Assembly: GCF_000091665.1 (NCBI RefSeq)
Contig: NC_000909.1
Coordinates: 1,546,838-1,578,837, forward strand
Length of the DNA stretch: 32,000 nt
Direction: 5' to 3'
Origin: Methanocaldococcus jannaschii DSM 2661
Lineage (GTDB): Archaea > AGJL01 > Methanococci > Methanococcales > Methanocaldococcaceae
Shown here: in pieces, positions 29,770 through 32,000 of the stretch
How positions within the stretch are numbered: position 1 is the first letter of the stretch
Layout of the letters: each line of letters opens with the position of its first letter
Notes under the pieces: generated by a model
Databases searched by the model: none
What the model was told of the DNA's origin: nothing
What the model saw: the letters and a program-made list of their open reading frames with translations, nothing else
Position numbers and translations under genes: made by a program

Positions 29770-30450
29770 GTGTCAAATGAAGATTTAAAATTAAAAGTAG
29801 CTAAGGAAGCAGTGAAGTTAGTTAAAGATGGAATGGTTATTGGATTAGGAACCGGTTCAACAGCAGCTTTATTCATCAGAGAACTTGGAAATAGAATTAG
29901 AGAAGAGGAGCTAACAGTCTTCGGAATTCCAACATCATTTGAAGCTAAAATGCTGGCTATGCAGTATGAAATTCCATTAGTTACATTAGATGAGTACGAT
30001 GTTGATATTGCCTTTGATGGAGCTGATGAAGTTGAGGAAACAACTCTCTTTTTAATAAAAGGAGGTGGAGGCTGCCATACTCAAGAAAAAATAGTTGATT
30101 ACAACGCAAATGAATTTGTTGTTTTAGTTGATGAAAGTAAATTAGTTAAAAAATTAGGGGAAAAGTTCCCAATCCCTGTGGAAGTTATTCCTTCAGCTTA
30201 TAGGGTTGTAATAAGAGCTTTATCAGAAATGGGAGGAGAGGCAGTAATTAGATTAGGAGACAGAAAAAGAGGACCTGTTATAACAGACAACGGAAATATG
30301 ATTATTGATGTATTTATGAACATAGATGACGCTATAGAACTTGAGAAAGAAATTAATAACATTCCTGGAGTAGTTGAAAATGGTATCTTTACAAAGGTAG
30401 ATAAGGTTTTAGTTGGAACTAAAAAAGGAGTAAAAACACTTAAAAAATAA
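29770..30450 (+). CDS. rpiA: Ribose-5-phosphate isomerase A
   Basis: VIGLGTGSTAALFIREL, DVDIAFDGADEVE, KGGGGCHTQEK. Confidence 0.96.
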   Translation: MSNEDLKLKVAKEAVKLVKDGMVIGLGTGSTAALFIRELGNRIREEELTVFGIPTSFEAKMLAMQYEIPLVTLDEYDVDIAFDGADEVEETTLFLIKGGGGCHTQEKIVDYNANEFVVLVDESKLVKKLGEKFPIPVEVIPSAYRVVIRALSEMGGEAVIRLGDRKRGPVITDNGNMIIDVFMNIDDAIELEKEINNIPGVVENGIFTKVDKVLVGTKKGVKTLKK

Positions 30451-30461
30451 AAAATTAGTTT

Positions 30462-31880
<1,419 letters not shown>

Positions 31881-31893
31881 TTAGAAATATTAT

Positions 31894-32000
31894 TTATTGT
31901 TTAATCAATCTCCAGCAAATTTTTTTCTCCTCTTCAACTGCTGGTTGATTGTAGGCGTTTATATTGTAAAGCTCCCCCATAAAACCAACTTGCATCTCAT
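31894..32000 (-). CDS. pgi: C-terminal end of glucose-6-phosphate isomerase (partial)
   Basis: The minus strand reads EMQVGFMGELYNINAYNQPAVEEEKKICWRLIKQ*; GELYNINAYNQPAVEEEK is the conserved PGI C-terminal motif. Confidence 0.85.
   Translation of the reverse strand, partial: EMQVGFMGELYNINAYNQPAVEEEKKICWRLIKQ

Overview
The window is a low-GC hyperthermophilic methanogen chromosome. From gene order and protein sequences I recognise it from memory as Methanocaldococcus jannaschii, roughly MJ1569-MJ1605; I ran no search. Most of it is ordinary housekeeping and cofactor metabolism: cbiQ/cbiO, a guaA amidotransferase subunit, LemA and DUF2207 proteins, cbiF, pyrB, TatD, TrmO, FBA-like MJ1585, nnrD, selD, purC/purS, serB, aksF, glyA, carS, hom, rpiA, ADP-PFK and pgi. 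Two CRISPR arrays with near-duplicate ~470 bp leaders sit 5.1 kb apart; no cas genes are visible. The strongest non-obvious signal is in selD. The ORF track truncates it because it reads through an in-frame UGA (Sec) at 16430-16432, and a textbook archaeal SECIS sits in the 3' UTR at 17482-17514. In addition, a 21-nt perfect inverted complement links the codons just after the UGA (16439-16459) to the 3' UTR just upstream of the SECIS (17447-17467). That could bring a SECIS about 1 kb away next to its UGA. Other observations: a repeat-type switch inside CRISPR array 1, a half-repeat inside one of its spacers, a DUF1998-type helicase broken by at least two frameshifts, three further frameshifted genes in a row upstream of selD, a duplicated and frame-shifted C-terminal tail after cbiF, and families of small inverted-repeat-bounded intergenic elements. 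I did not find a convincing new multi-gene system.
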